Below, in pieces: positions 24,515-39,102 of a stretch of DNA of 64,000 bases. The notes below the pieces were generated by a model. It saw only the letters and a list, made by a program, of their open reading frames with translations, had not been told where the DNA came from and ran no database searches. Position 1 is the stretch's first letter; each line of letters opens with the position of its first letter. This DNA comes from Tubulanus polymorphus (lineage: Eukaryota; Animalia; Nemertea), in the NCBI RefSeq assembly GCF_964204645.1, contig NC_134034.1, forward strand, positions 4,624,914 through 4,688,913, written 5' to 3'. The translations under genes were made by a program, and so were the position numbers.

Positions 24515-26049
24515 TCTGAAAATTACTTCCCGTGCCTCTTTCTATCGAGCTGCGCGTATTAATACTTTTCTCAGCGAAAATGTTGGAACCAACCCGCAGG
24601 TTTTTACCTGTTCTGGAGTTGAGCCGACCGACCCTTACACCTCGCTTGAGTATAACGCTACCCTGCGTTTGGACTCTTACCGATTGATTAAGGAATTTTC
24701 AGGAAACATTGCTTTTACGTGCAAAGCCTCGTTATACCATTCGCCAAATGCCAGTGAGACCGAAAGACCCTATCCTGTCCGAATTAATGTGGGATAGTCT
24801 ACAACTTTAAATGGGCTAGTGAATCTTCACAAAAATGCGGTCACTCGCACGTTTGCGAAATCGAACGCTCAGTATAGGCACGGTTCATGGAGTAATCAGA
24901 CTGAATCAGACTCAAAGCTCTAATTTCGAGGTATCCCAGCACCGTCACTCAGACTATAAAGAGTACTTGATAGACAATAAATACATTCCCGTAACTCGTC
25001 AGGAGACCAGACTGGTTCAATAGAGGAGTCGGGGAAGCCATAAAGATCATAAAGATCCGCTGTCCCACCCTGAACTGAGATGGCTCTCGATACCAGCTCC
25101 CAACCTTTGGGACAATTTACACGTACGTATGCATGTGCATGCGTACCCGGTACTTAATTGTCAAAGGTCCATGGATTTGGATTGAATGCTCATAGTTAAT
25201 TTTCAACAAGATTGTCTATTGTCAACGTTTAGAAAATCCAACTCGATTGATTCACATACACATCAGATGGATTTATTTTAATTTCCGAGTGTATGTAGGC
25301 CTACTCTCTTTAGTAAAGAATCAGGTCTCTGCCAATCCTGTCTATTCGTATGTGAATTATTTTTGCACGTGTTTAGAGTGGTCTGTGTATGGAAATAAAG
25401 TTATACTCCGCTCGCGAAAACTTCAACACGGGTAGCTCAACCCCATCGTTTAGCTTGATAATTATGGATCCTGGATGAATAACAATAGCTATAATTCAAC
25501 ACCATTTCCTGGCATCATCATAAAGCTATAATTGCCCGCAATTTCCTTGCACCATGCAGTTAAATTCACAAAATCATCCATGTGATGTGTATAGGAAAAT
25601 TTTGAATATTTCAGTGAGCATGGTTTACTCTCAAACTTTATCTAAAATGCCTTGAAAATTTAGAATGACATTTCATTGGTAGGGAGATTTATTTTAGTCG
25701 AATAATTAGGGTTTTCTGACTTTCGTCGAAAGCCCTCTTGTAATTCTGTTGATTATTATTATTATTTACATATTTTCCACTTTTTTTCATCACATAAAAT
25801 TCATCTTCTCTCGGATTTGACAACTAACAGCTACTGTACGGAATGTTGAATTCTGATAGCTAAATATAACAGACTTTCTCTCCGCGTAGATTCTATCAAT
25901 GCACTCTCCATCCTATTTTAAACTTAAAAGTACTTTCAGACAGCTAACACCGGCGGAAATATACTACGCCGGTGATCGGCTATCCGTATGTCCCTTCAGG
26001 TGTTCCGCGCTCCTGCATACGGTATACCTGAATGCGCCGATGAAACAAT

Positions 26050-27805
26050 AAACCATTTTACAGTTGCTAGCCGCCATTTTGTTAGGGTACTTTTGTCCCG
26101 TATTGTTGGGTCGTTTTTTTCTCTTTTTAAAAACTATCCGTGATGTGTGTTGTATCATATTTCATCTGTCCATGGATGGATTTTGACACTTTCAGCAACA
26201 TTCAAACCGCATAAATCTCTAGTTTTCAGTTATGTAAGAATCATTTTTCAAATTTGCAACAATGCGACATGAGAGCGATATAAAAATTGGCAGTCTGTTT
26301 TTTCCGTGCGCATAGAAATCAAGGGTACTGAAATTTGAAGTTCGTTATTTTCAGAAACAATTTTCTAAAAAATCCAAGCATTTCAAGAAATGTGCGCATA
26401 AATGCCCTCTTTCAGGTGAACTTTGAAATGTTAAGATATCTTGCCTAGTTTTTTTCCTATGGTACTTTACCTGCAGCGCATGTATTGTCATTCCGAGATT
26501 CGGCGCTGTTTCCTTTGTGTGTATTTCAGTATATGGGTGTTATTTTTTTCATTTTTACTACACTTGTCTCTACGGAAAATGGTTTTAATTGTTGGTACGA
26601 GTATCAGGTTTAAATATTACGGCATTAATACTGTATTCCGTTTTCTGGCGCTAGTTCGTAATGGCTGTATTGGTAGCCGCTTTTACAGCAGGCAGAGGCT
26701 TACGTACATGCACCCAAGAAAACCCAAAATATCACTCTTTTGTTGTAAATGCAATCCACACACTTCTTGCGTTTTTGTGATGGTAGATGTCACTTTTTAC
26801 TTTTAATCACCTGTGTCTGACATTAGGACTTGATACTTGATATTTCACCACCAAAGCAAGAAAACGTTTTCCTATATATTCTTCCCGAGCTAATCAATCT
26901 TGTGTGTACTTAATAGAAAGTATTCATAGAAAGTAGCTGAATATTTGCCCCACCCCATTTGTCCAGCTTTTTGACCACTTCTCCATCCATCTAATTTCAG
27001 TAGATTTTTATGTAAATTAATTGATAGACTACTGATTTAAATGGTCATCATACTCGATTTTGAGTGTTATATTTCTTTTCTTCTTCCATCTCAATATAGG
27101 CAGTATATATTCTCTTCCCGCGCGCAACTTCGAATACGTGATCTAAATGCCGCACAGTCTCGCTGCTAAAACTGGTCAAAAAAATCCCTTAAACTCCAAC
27201 ATCTCTAATGTCTTCGATCTATTATTGCATAAATGACGTAATATTAAAACCTGATACTCGTACCAACAATTAAAACCATTTTCCGTAGAGACAAGTGTAG
27301 TAAAAATGAAAAATAACACCCATATACTGAAATACACGCAAAGAAAACAGCGCCGAATCTTGGAATGACAATACACGCGCTGCAGTTAAAGAGCCATAGG
27401 AAAAAAACTAGGCAAGATATCTTAAAATTTCAAAATTCACCTGAAAGGAGGCGTTTATGCGCACAGTTCTTGAAATGTTTGGATTTTTTAGAAAATTATT
27501 TCTGAAAATAACGAACTTCAAAGTTCAGTACCCTTGATTTCTATGCGCACGAAAAAAACTGACCGCCAATTTTTATATCGCTCTCATGTCGCATTGTTGC
27601 AAATTTAAAAAATGATTTTTACATAACTGAAAACTAGAGATTTATGCGGTTTGAATGTTGCTGAAACTGTCAAAATCCATCCATGGACAGATGAAATATG
27701 ATACAACACACATCACGGATAGTTTTTAAAAAAGAGAAAAAATGACCCAACAATACGGGACAAAGTACCCTAACAAAATGGCGGCTAGCAACTGTAAAAT
27801 GGTTT
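26050..27805. mobile_element. Non-autonomous fold-back DNA transposon with ~575-bp TIRs, flanked by AT (ISL2EU/Harbinger-type)
   Basis: 26050-~26625 is a near-exact reverse complement of ~27232-27805; AT|AAACC...GGTTT|AT. Confidence 0.85.
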
Positions 27806-28213
27806 ATTATACGTCCGATGAATGCTCCGATATCGGGTCCGAGTCAAAGAGTTTACGAGGCCGGCGTTCGCGAGTCCGACAGGTTTACAGGCATTTGTTT
27901 GTTGTTACATATTTTATATTATTGATTTCCTGTTATTCCGGTTATTTTATTTAAATATATTGCTGATCTGTTCATGTAAACAAAAGCACCAATAAATACA
28001 TTTTGAATTGATCAAGTTTAAATCAACAAGGTCGTTGAGTCGCGGGTGGCTACTAGAATTACGGCAAGTTTTACGTTCGACTACATTCAGAGAGAAAAGG
28101 AACAACAGAAAAGTATCAGATGATTATCGATAGCCTACTAATACGGAACACACAGACTGTTGACAAACAGTGTTAGGCCTGTGTCGGTTGGTGCGTACTG
28201 GGACTAAAATATA

Positions 28214-31200
28214 CACACTGGCTATATTGACGGCGCCGTAAATTGGACTGCTCCGGCTATATTTACGACGTTTTCGGTCGCGCATGCGCAATACACATAA
28301 TCACGACTTGTGTAAATAATGTAAATTCAATTATAAAAATTGTTTCTTATTACAAATGCAAAATATACTTTAAAATACTTAAAACATTTATACATATCTG
28401 CCAAAGTTTTCATGCATATAATATGAGGTAAAAATGTGAAAGGAATGAAGGTAACAAAATTCTTATTTAAAAACTTAAGAATTAAAGTTTCTAATTTTAG
28501 ATGCAATTACACAAGGTACAAAGTTTTTGATTAAAATAGTTTTTTTTTGTATCTAATAACAAATGCAAACAATATTTGATCGGTAGTAATGAAGGTACAA
28601 AATTCAATATTTACTAAGTAACAGCAGCGTGAGAACAGATTGAGGCATTAATCTAGGTGTTTATTCAAATTTCATGAAAAATTGAAGATAAGCTACATAA
28701 AAATTTAAAAAATTCAACAGCAGCGTAACACATGAAGACATTAATCCAGCAATTTATCAATATTTACAGAATATATCTAGAAGTACATTAAGCAATGGAA
28801 GTACAATTGCACAGTTCCGAGTTTAAAACACATCTAATTTTTTAAAATTTTTATTCAAATTTTCATGAAAAATTGAAGGTACGCAAGCTACATAAAGAAA
28901 AAAATTTCAACATCGATATACTTACAATCAAACAATTACAGCAGTGTGACACATGAAGACATTAATCCAGCAGTTTATCAATATTTACAAAAATATCTAA
29001 GTCCATATAATATGAGGTACAAATAATGCAAGGAATACATATAAATACTCGCAAAGTTCTAAGATTAAAATGAAGACACAATATGTGCTTGAGAAATGTC
29101 GCTAATACAAATCTAAATCAACACTGATATAACAACTGCGACAAATCGAGACCTTCGATTTTGGCGCAGTTTTTAAACTGGCACACTTGAAATGGTACCA
29201 TTCTAAAGAAGAATCACATATAATGGAGGAATCATCATCAAATGGACGGCAGCAATTAGAACACGTATACTCTCCCTTTTGAGTAGCAGCTCCCTGCCCT
29301 TGAATGTAAAGAATTTCTGAATCTCATACAAGTTTACAGTTTCGTCTAAACACTTCATAGGTAATTTCTCTAATTGATTGATGTCCGTGAAGTCTATCAG
29401 GAAGTCTTTATCTGCTAAAGCTTTTGGTGCAATTTCAGCTGCAACGCACCAATGCAACATACCTGAAATGATAAAATGAAAAAGCATTTTCAAAGATGTT
29501 AAAACTGAATTTTTCGATTGATATTAGATATACTAAATTCTTACATTTCTCGCGCTGAAAAACTGAACGCTTTTGGAAGGACACTGGTTTGAGAGTTTTT
29601 TTCAGAGCCCTTCTTCCGTGGAATACCGATAGTTATCAAACCAGCACCTTTTGGTCTTCCCCTTTTCAGCATTTTAGGCGGCAGCTTGATGTTACAAGTA
29701 TTAATATCTACAAAAAATAAATAATTGATCCTTTCCAATACATATACAGGAAGTACTGCACCAGTGTAGGCAAAAAGCTTGTACTTAAAAATGCCTGTCA
29801 AAGTTAAAGGCTGGTCAGAACAATTTGAGGTTGCAGCAATAGGCCGTTCAGGACTAATTTCCTCACTCTATTTTTCTTTAGCTGGAAAAGAAAAAAAAGC
29901 AAATTTGTAATACCATTTAAATATGAATAGATCAATTAAAAACTAGAAAGTTAACATACCAAACGAATTTGTCAGGGCATTCATCAAATGCTGTCGCTCT
30001 TTTCTCATATCATGTTTCAAATGGTACCTACCATCTTCCACTGAAATTAAATCATAATGCTAAAATTATAATCATAAAATGTTTTATGGTTAATTCTAAC
30101 AATTTGGCCACTTACCAAGTTTATGTAGTACTACTGAGACGAAGCGACGTTTTTGACTGATCGTAAGTGATAGGGGATGTGCTAAACGAATGATGAGTGT
30201 TTGTAAGACAGCATCTTCTTTATCATCGTCTCCACTGCATACTTGTCCATTGACAGCGTACGCCACTTGCTCAACTTCGTCAACAACTTTGGTTGCCGAG
30301 TGCATTGCTTCATCGACTAATTGTTGAATTCCCCCTTCACCAACATCCGCAATAAGATCTGTAAGGTTAACAGTAAATGTAGCAATAAAACAAAATAATA
30401 TAACGCATAGTTTAAAAAGAGTTAAAAAAATATTTTAATTACCTGATATAGTCTGATAAAAAGATCTTCTTCTGATAATTGCCTAACGGAACAGACTGCT
30501 TTAATGGGGCTGCTTTCTTCGGTGGACATGATTTCTCCTTCATTTATGCTGTTATTGTTCATATCTATCGGAACAGCACCAGTGACACTGGTAGGTGAAT
30601 GGTCAGCATGTACCAATAAATCATCTGAAAAAAGGATATTAATGAAGGTAAAGTTTTAAAGGAATACATACATGCACATACAATCCATGACTAAGAAAAA
30701 AAAAATAGTCTTATATTTACCCGAGCCTGTCGTAACTTCAGTTATAATAACCTTCTTTCCTTGACGCCACAGTTCATTTACAGCCTCAAGCAAACTGAGA
30801 TTGTAATTAAACTCATCATTACCAAATGGGGATAACTGCTGGGCAAGGCGTTTGGCTATTCGAAATCCAGCTTTATATGTGTCTTGTTCTGTGATGATTT
30901 TTTTTTTGCGCCACATGATGGATGCTATCACCTGCATGACGTTCTGTAGTTGGAGTGGTAAGGCCTCAAAAACTCGGTGATGGGTGGTGAAATATTTCAC
31001 GGTCCACCGGTGACTACACAAACTTTCATCAAACAACGCAATTGACAATTGTCTTCTGGCATCAAATACCTGTCCGCATGGCATTTTCATTCTCACTTGA
31101 AATCCGCAAGGACACGTATCTTTCGTCACTAGAATGTTTCCGGACCGCCTTTCAATTTCTAGGGTAGTTTCATCTGTGCGCGACACAGCATATTTCTTGC

Positions 31201-32999
31201 TTAACGCCATCTCTTCTTTTATTAGGTTGAATCCAAATGGAGTTAGTAGCTCACTATATAAATATTCATGTGATTCTGGAGGATCATTGCACTTATTGAT
31301 AGGCACTTTAGTCAAGACAGCCATTGCCCTGTGATTACGTTCCGACTCCAAGCAAGCAATGCACTTCATCAGATCTTGAAAAAACTGCCTCATTCCTGAG
31401 TATCTGGACACAACCTGCTTAATCTTCTGGTTGATCGATTCCAGTCTGTTGTTAGTTCTATTCCCAAAATTACACGCTGTAGATTTCCATCCATCGAACC
31501 ATTCTGAACGAATCTCATGCCAATTTTTCTTAATTTATTCTAATTTTTCGTAATAGTCAATCACCGGACGAGGACATGTATCAACAAGCTGCTGGTGCAG
31601 ATTCTCATACTCTTGATTTGACTGAGCATAGGCTATGTTTTGCAGGATCTCGAGAGCAGTACTCCTTTCAGCTTGAGTTATATTCAGCTTTTCAGCATTT
31701 ACCTCCCGATGAAGACTGCGTAAAACGTGAAACAGACAAATTCCAATTCAGCATTTTTAAACGAATTCTTTAAGATGCTCATCTCAGTCATGTCCTTATC
31801 AGTCATCAGCACCTCGACTTTCTCAGAAGCTTGTGGATTGTTTTTGACAGTTATTGCAGTCAATTTTCGAGGGTTGTCCTGTCCTCATTCGCAACAATCC
31901 ACATACACACAATTTCTGTCTCTCCATTTCCATCTTCAACAACCAGAATGTAGAGAGGCATTCGCAAATCATTCAACTTATACGAATCATTCAGCCTAAG
32001 ACATTTTGCAGTCGATTGCTCCAAATGGTCCAACAACATCTTTTTATTTGATTTTAGTCCCAGCATTTTCTCTGTTATTTTCATTGTATCGGAATCGAGA
32101 CGTCTTTGTTAAGTCATAATAATAAACGCAGCCTGAAAAAATGTGATGAAAATAGAGAGCGGTGAAAAGAACATCACACAGCTAGTGCACAGATTAGCAT
32201 TGTAATGTAATTGTTAGTAGAAGAATCATACCTTGGTGTTCTCATGATTATGTACATCATTCACATTTTTAACGACAAATTTTTCACCATCAGCAATTGG
32301 CCGAACAGTGACGGAAAATGGACAATTAATTACATACGTACTGCAAGAAATGAACACACAGGTTTTAGAATGAAGCATATTGAAAATGGAAAACAACATA
32401 CGCATAGTATACTATGGTGAACAGGGTATGAACTAAACTTTTAGTATCTTCAGTCAGACTACACCGTCACCGGCCATTATCATGACATGTTAATTTGTCA
32501 CAGCCAGAAGGACTCCAAAAATCAACAAATAGGATTCAAAACACAGCCATAAGGAGACAAGAATATAAGGAGACAAGAATATGACCCAAGAATAGTGTGG
32601 TCTTACCTCAAATTATTACGGACACCGGTTGAATGAGAAACTGTTTTTCTTCCACCTAGTTTACGGGCATAGTCGATGTCGCTGTACTTCATTTCATCCT
32701 TAAATTTTCGTTTTGGAGCGCGTTTACGCCCAGCTTCGATCGATCGGCTACTTCTTATATAGACGTTGCAAAAATTTGCGTGTTCAAATCTTCTACAGCT
32801 CGCTGAAGTTCCTCATAAGAGGAGAAATCTTCAACGACTTTGGCAAAGACAGCCATCATTCGCCATTTGCAAATTACAATGAGTAGTGTTTGCGCGTGCG
32901 TGCGCAATCACTAATTATGTATTGCGCATGCGCGACCGGAAACGTCGTAAATATAGCCGGAGCAGTCCAATTTACGGCGCCGTAAATATAGCCAGTGTG
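28214..32999 (-). mobile_element. MULE/Mutator DNA transposon, full length
   Basis: ~85-bp TIRs (CACACTGGCTATATT.ACGGCGCCGTAAATTGGACTGCTCCGG...) and a perfect 9-bp TSD TAAAATATA at 28205-28213 and 33000-33008. Confidence 0.93.
29115..32859 (-). pseudogene. MULE transposase (ZSWIM3-like) with SWIM and C-terminal PHD finger; spliced and frameshifted
   Basis: FSSYEEL; D.YKLNDLRMPLY..VEDGNGE; MTDKD; NRTNNRLESINQKIK; SWIM-like CPC..MKMPC; PHD CSNC...ICDSSLEWYHFKC...ICRSC. Confidence 0.85.
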
Positions 33000-33118
33000 T
33001 AAAATATACTAGTTGGTCAGAGTTGGTTCGGTTATGAGAAGTGTGGAAACTAAGAAACCTACTGGTATTTATTTGGCTTATAGGCTTATTATAGTAGCCA
33101 ATTCCATTTTAACGAAGA

Positions 33119-33446
33119 TGTTACCCATACATGATTGTACGGTGATCTCCACAGGTTAGCCGTACGTGAGTTCCCTCTGCGCGTGCGTCAATGATCTACG
33201 TGTAACCGCATGCATCAAATAATAGGGATAGGGTAGGGTTAGGTGAGGATATATGTAGATTAATTTATCAACCCTGCACTTGATAAATGTGGCTTAGTGG
33301 GTAAATCGCTGGACTACCGTCGGATTTTTTTTTCATGGTTTCGAATCCCAATATTACAAGTCAGAATTCTACTGCATTGCGCATGCATCAATATACTTAT
33401 ATAGGCTAATCTGTGAAAATCATTGTACATTCATGTAGTGGTAACA
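33119..33446. mobile_element. Small MITE-like inverted-repeat element enclosing a tRNA-derived SINE-like head
   Basis: 33119-33160 and ~33403-33446 are imperfect inverted repeats; A-box-like TGGCTTAGTGG (33290) and B-box-like GGTTTCGAATCC (33337) lie between them. Confidence 0.4.
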
Positions 33447-33635
33447 ACAGCATTTTAAGTATTGAGTGAGCTACCATGTACTACAAACACAACTTTTTTC
33501 GCTCTCGTTGGCCCTTCACTGATGTTACTATACTGGTGTCATTACAACATGGATAGGATTGGGTCAGGACTAGCCTAAAATCTAATTCAGTATTTTCACT
33601 TTTCACTCGATATTATTAAAACAATGCAGTATGCC

Positions 33636-34020
33636 TAGGGGAAGGGGCACGCGTATTTTTTTCGCCCGATCGCGGCGAATTTATAAATCGCCCGAAAAAT
33701 TCGCTCGTGTGGCCACTCACGGCGACGACTATTTCGTCGGCCGACTCGATCGCCCGTATCATACATGTTTAATATATTCGGCCGATTATTTACGCCAGCG
33801 ATCGGATCGCCCCCAAATTCGCTCGTCTGCCCGCACTCAGCGAATTCCGCAGAGCGATCCATTTTTATCAACAAATAGGATACACTGTTGATATCTAAGT
33901 ACCGGTCGCTGACCGAATTTCGGTTTCATCGCTACGTGTGCCCACTCGTATCGGGCATATAAATTCGGCGAATTTAATCGTCGCGATCCGGCGAAAAAAT
34001 ACGCTCGTGTGTCCCTACCT
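33636..34020. mobile_element. GC-rich MITE (Harbinger-like)
   Basis: Imperfect TIRs GCGTATTTTTTTCGCCCGATCGCG / CGCGATCCGGCGAAAAAATACGC, repeated CGCTCGTGTG motifs, and TAA at the right end. Confidence 0.55.
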
Positions 34021-35214
34021 TAAAGTATTCGCACACAGAAAGGCTGATTGAGCCATCTGATTAAATTTTGCTCAGGCCTTGTCTGCTGACCGGACATTTA
34101 TAGTCAAACCGAGATCCAAAACGTTCATGTGATCACGGCTTGTATACAAGAAAACAAGAAATCATTATGTAGGCCTGTACATTTTGCTATACGTAGGTTC
34201 GGTATACTGATTTCTCCAATCTCGACAGAAGAGTGTACGGTACAGCTGAACGCATTATACCAATGGGAATAGGGCCTATTGATTGGGCTTATTATTTCCT
34301 GCTTTAGAATATTGAAATAAGCCAATGTTCATTCGAATATCCAACATCGGTGAAAGTTTGAATACTGTATACATGTATATAGGTTTTCATGTTCTATGAA
34401 TATTTTGCAGTTCATGGGTATACACTGATGTCAAACACATGAAGATAAATGGTCAAGGGCAGTCAGTCAACACCAGCTCTCTTCCACCGATGTTGCATCA
34501 TACCATATACGGTCTGATTCTTCCAACTCAAGCAAAGCGATTAACACGATGGACATAACACTGGAATAGTTTGCAGTGACTAACAGTTTATTAACTAGTG
34601 GAATAGGTTTGATATTTACGCACGTGTTGCAAGGTTTAAATTGTTTATTAGTATAGAATTAGTAATCCATAAAAGCCAAATTCAACATCGGCCCGATACC
34701 CAGACCAAAGCAATTCATAATCTATCGCTTGAATCTACAATACAATATATGTATTTAATATTCAAATATTTCAATGAAAGGATTAATTCCTTGAAATCTA
34801 TTCTAAATCCTAATACGTTCTTATATCAGTGAATGTATTCAACACCTATTGACTCAGCAGATTCTTAAGATGAGTTTCTTGATAGAACAGATCCATTTTT
34901 TAAGCGTGGTGATACAAAATAAATGCTTGGTCTAATCAATTCATATGTATTGGTTTTACATCCACGTAAGTTCGGTTTCAAAGCTGAATCACATTGAACG
35001 TTTACACAGTGGTTGTATATTAGGTTAGAATCTGTCAATACAATATCAACCTGAATGGCATGGTGCGGATTTGCAGAAAACCCGTTATCGCTGCTTTGCA
35101 GCTATATTTACTGAATATCCTTATTTTTCGCTTTTATCGTACCACATGTAATAGTGCCCACTGTGACTAAACCAATATCGTGTTACAGCCTGCATCACAT
35201 GTCTCTAACATAAT

Positions 35215-35380
35215 ACACTGTCCGTCCGTCCGTCCGTCTGTTTGCCTGTCCTGCCTGCCTGCCTGTCTAGCCGTCTGGATTGCCGTCTATATATCTGTTT
35301 GTCCATGTTACTGTCTGCCTGGGCAACTGTCTAGCTGCTTGTCTGTCTCTATCTCTGTGCCATCTCCGTCTGTCTGCGCA
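35215..35380. repeat. Degenerate tetranucleotide microsatellite (CCGT/CTGC/CTGT)
   Basis: Directly visible. Confidence 0.75.
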
Positions 35381-36624
35381 GTGAATATTCAGATCAACTT
35401 TAGCGAGCCTATTAATTGATCTAATTTCAGAGCCTGAATTAAAACAGCTAGCTTCTGTCATCTGTAGAAAGTCTATTCGTTTTATTCGGTCAGTGTTGAG
35501 AGAAGGGTGTTAATTGAATGATAATCGAATCATTGTATAATCGTTTTACAGAATTTAGAAGAATCGTGGTTTCGTTTGTCTGGATAACAAGATTGCAACT
35601 TGAATTATTGTACTTACATTTACAGCTGTTTCTAAAAATCGAATACATATGAAATGACATGGTTCATGTGTGTAGAATTTATGAAAATGAATATCATATA
35701 TTTCACGTACAAGTATAAGAATAAGTAAAAATTCAGTAGAATTTAACCAATTATGATTATTTTTCTTACGACTTTCACTCGGTGACTTCAAAGATCATTA
35801 ATATCATTATCAATTATACTAATGATGGCCTCTCATTCTCAATGACTTCAACGATTTAGTGAAATTGTTATAAATTACGACGACCTTCTCATTGTCAGTG
35901 ACTTCAATGATTTGAGAATACTGTCACGTTAAAGGAAGGATGAATAAAAACGTCTTAGAAACAGTCAAACTTCATGTATTTGCATTTTTAGCTCAGGGAC
36001 AAACGGAAATTTCTATTCGAGGACTAAGGTTTCAACAGCTGCCTCATTTCAATGTCATGCAATATTATTTGACAGTAATATCCCAAACCGAATTAAGTGC
36101 GTTTGAGTGGTAGAGAATCATCTTCATAATTTCAACATAAGTTTAATCAAATATGATCTATCTTTATCTAAAGCTGCTATCAGCAAATCGAATACTCATA
36201 TTCATACGTGCAGTGAAACACAGTTCATCGAATTCACAAACGCTAGGGATCTGGTGACACAAACAGAATCGGAGAAATATGTTGTCATCAAAGGTAATAA
36301 AACTCTTCAGATGCTTTCGAAGAAAACAATTTTTCTCTTTTCCACATTATTTTCGTTAAAAGTAGGACTGCGTAATCTTTTTTTTTCACTTTGCCGATAT
36401 GTCCAATATAATCTATAAAATATATCTAACATAACTGTTATCTGCAAATCTTTCATGGTTTTTTTGACGAATTAAAACGTTTCTTGTCACCACATAAGCA
36501 GGTATAACATGAACTTATTTACCTCTGACTAAATTTGGCCGGAGCCTTATTTGGCTAGGAACAACTGTTGGCTCAAATCACATCGGACTGGTATTTGAAA
36601 TTAATCCATCATTGAACTGATTCT

Positions 36625-36755
36625 AATCATCGACTGATTGTATGCGTCGACAATATCTACAATCCTAAATGTCGTTCATTTTTACTCCTCGACAATGTCT
36701 ACAATCCTGATTGTCGACTGATCTTAATCGTCGACAATGTCTACAATCCTGATTG
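36625..36755. repeat. ~42-bp tandem repeat
   Basis: TCGACAAT.TCTACAATCCT repeated three times. Confidence 0.7.
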
Positions 36756-38257
36756 CATGAACGCGGCTCATTAATCAAGCTAATCGACTTAGGGCAAAAC
36801 TTTCGTCGGAATTGAAAAACGCTAGTTAAAGATGATATAATGCGTGCTTGAAATCAAATTTCTTTCAGCCGTCTCAACAGCAGCTTAGCAAAATTTCGCG
36901 GTTGGCATTTTATTTTGGTACAAAGGCTTCGCAATTGCCAGCCCTTGCGGAAGGGGGATGTCAGGATGTTAAGATGTTTTTTTACGCCTGCATAAGTGAG
37001 GCCACATGAAACCCCGCTTGCCATGTGTGGAATTATCGCGTGCCCGGGCGCGATCCATTTTTCAATTTCCATAAATCGTAAATTTGTAGAAATAGTGTAT
37101 GTGTGTCCTGATAAAAGTACAGTTCTGTATATACACTCTCTTTTCAGTATCTGGTAGTTTTAGTTCTGATAATGGTCGTTTGTGGCGCTAATTCAAAACG
37201 ACGTGATAAATGTAAAATCTGTTACGACGACTGCTTTAAGAATTGTAATGATTTTCTCTACGATCGTATTAAAATGATGCAATGCGCAGACTGCGCTTAT
37301 AAAAAATGTTCTGCATTGTGTCCGTGGGGCTAACGTATTGATGTCAAATTGCATGAAGTCGTATAAGTTTCTCTGCTGGGGGTCTGAGATGACTTCGAAT
37401 ATAGCACGTGTAACACCTATTCGCTTCTTTGTTTGTTTTTCATTTGACCCTGACTATTAGATCGATACGCCCTGTAGGGCAGATCAGTTGCTTACAATAT
37501 CCGTTTCAACAAATATACGGTACGTTACTTCTATTATATATTTCAATGAAACATTTTCTTTGCCATACCAATTGCATAGACTATTCCGCACATGCATACA
37601 AGTTACATCAATACTCTTATAAGAGTAGATATAAGATGACATAACAGGTTAACAAGTTATGTTATGTCAACCTAACGTCCCTACATTAGCGCACAACAAC
37701 GGGTAAAATTGTTATAGCTAGCCTATAAGAATTGAACTAGAAATATAGTACAGTACATAAATTTCATATTTCATAAACTAGCCTACTATTTCCACAAAAC
37801 TTCAATTTTCAGTGAAAACCTTGTTTGCCATAGTTTAGAAAAGAAGAAAAGAAAACCAAACATAACAACCGGCACAACCAGTACCAGTAATAAAAGCCAG
37901 TAAGCATAAAAGCTAGCGCGAGTAATAAGGGAACGAGGCAATGATCTTCATTCTAAGATGTTTTATTGACACCTCATCATCTACAGGCCAATCACAGAAC
38001 AATTTGTTTTAGTGGCCCGACTGGCATAGCCGCCTTACCAATACCAATTGCTTCACCGATGTATTACGCAAATACATAACATTTTCACTATGTGTTTTCA
38101 ATCTCTCGATACATATAATTAAAAGCGGCCATACTATTACCCGAATGGATTGTGGTCAGTCTGAACACTTTGTCTTATGACACAAATATAACATCACAAA
38201 ACTGTGCGATATCTTTTTGTGGGGTAACTAGCGTGGTGAGAGCGAACAACCTGAGAA

Positions 38258-38593
38258 ACCTGTAATATCCAAGAAGATAGACAAATATATATATTGTATA
38301 TTATTTGATTATGATCTTTATTTGTCGGAGTCCAAAACCAGAGTATACATGATTATAAAATTATTCCAAGCATTTTGAAAATACAACAGATTATTATAGT
38401 TACAAATACGTATTCATATAAAGATATAAATGGCCAAAAGTCGAATTTAATTAATCATTTACTAAAACTGCTAGGTTTGATAAAAAGTAAAAGTATATAT
38501 TGGCTTACCTGTAATATCCAAGAAGATAGACAAATATATATATTGTATATTATTTGATTATGATCTTTATTTGTCGGAGTCCAAAACCAGAGT
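38258..38593. repeat. ~87-bp direct duplication (38258-38344 and 38507-38593)
   Basis: ACCTGTAATATCCAAGAAGATAGACAAAT...GTCGGAGTCCAAAACCAGAGT occurs twice, essentially identical. Confidence 0.85.
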
Positions 38594-39102
38594 GTCCTAG
38601 TATAGCCTGTACTGGACCTCCATGGTTTTGGCTCCGCCTCCTTGGACCAGGTAACCGATTTACATTTTGATTAGTCAGGCATTGTTTTCAACACCGAGTT
38701 TGCCTGTTACTAGGTTCAAACCAAACATGCCAGTAATTGGTGAATTTGTGCTAATTAGCGGTTCTGGCTCAATAGCTATTCTGAGATTTAAAGGCCGAGG
38801 AGTACGGAGGCTAGTTAACCGGGTGGCAAACACTTGAGATTTTCAGTAGTGTAGAGAATAAGCCACTCCCACCACCTCACTATCCAGCTGTTTGTTTTTG
38901 TGTAGTTTATTGAGGTTATTGCTTCAAGCCAGATAAGCTGTCATAGCCAATTAGCTTTATGTCCCAACCAAGAATTAATTCAACAACGATTATATGAAAA
39001 TACTTTAGCAAAGTCATAATAGGCCTATAGAGAAAACTTACCAAGACCATTGATTATCAACGTGAAAGATTTGATTTTAATGTTATTCCGAATAGATATG
39101 AT

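Noticed and set aside
25964-27954. Paired similar ORFs on opposite strands
   Set aside because: By-products of the long inverted repeat, with no protein motifs.
33285-33352. tRNA gene
   Set aside because: A- and B-box-like motifs are present, but there is no cloverleaf and an internal T run; better seen as SINE-derived.
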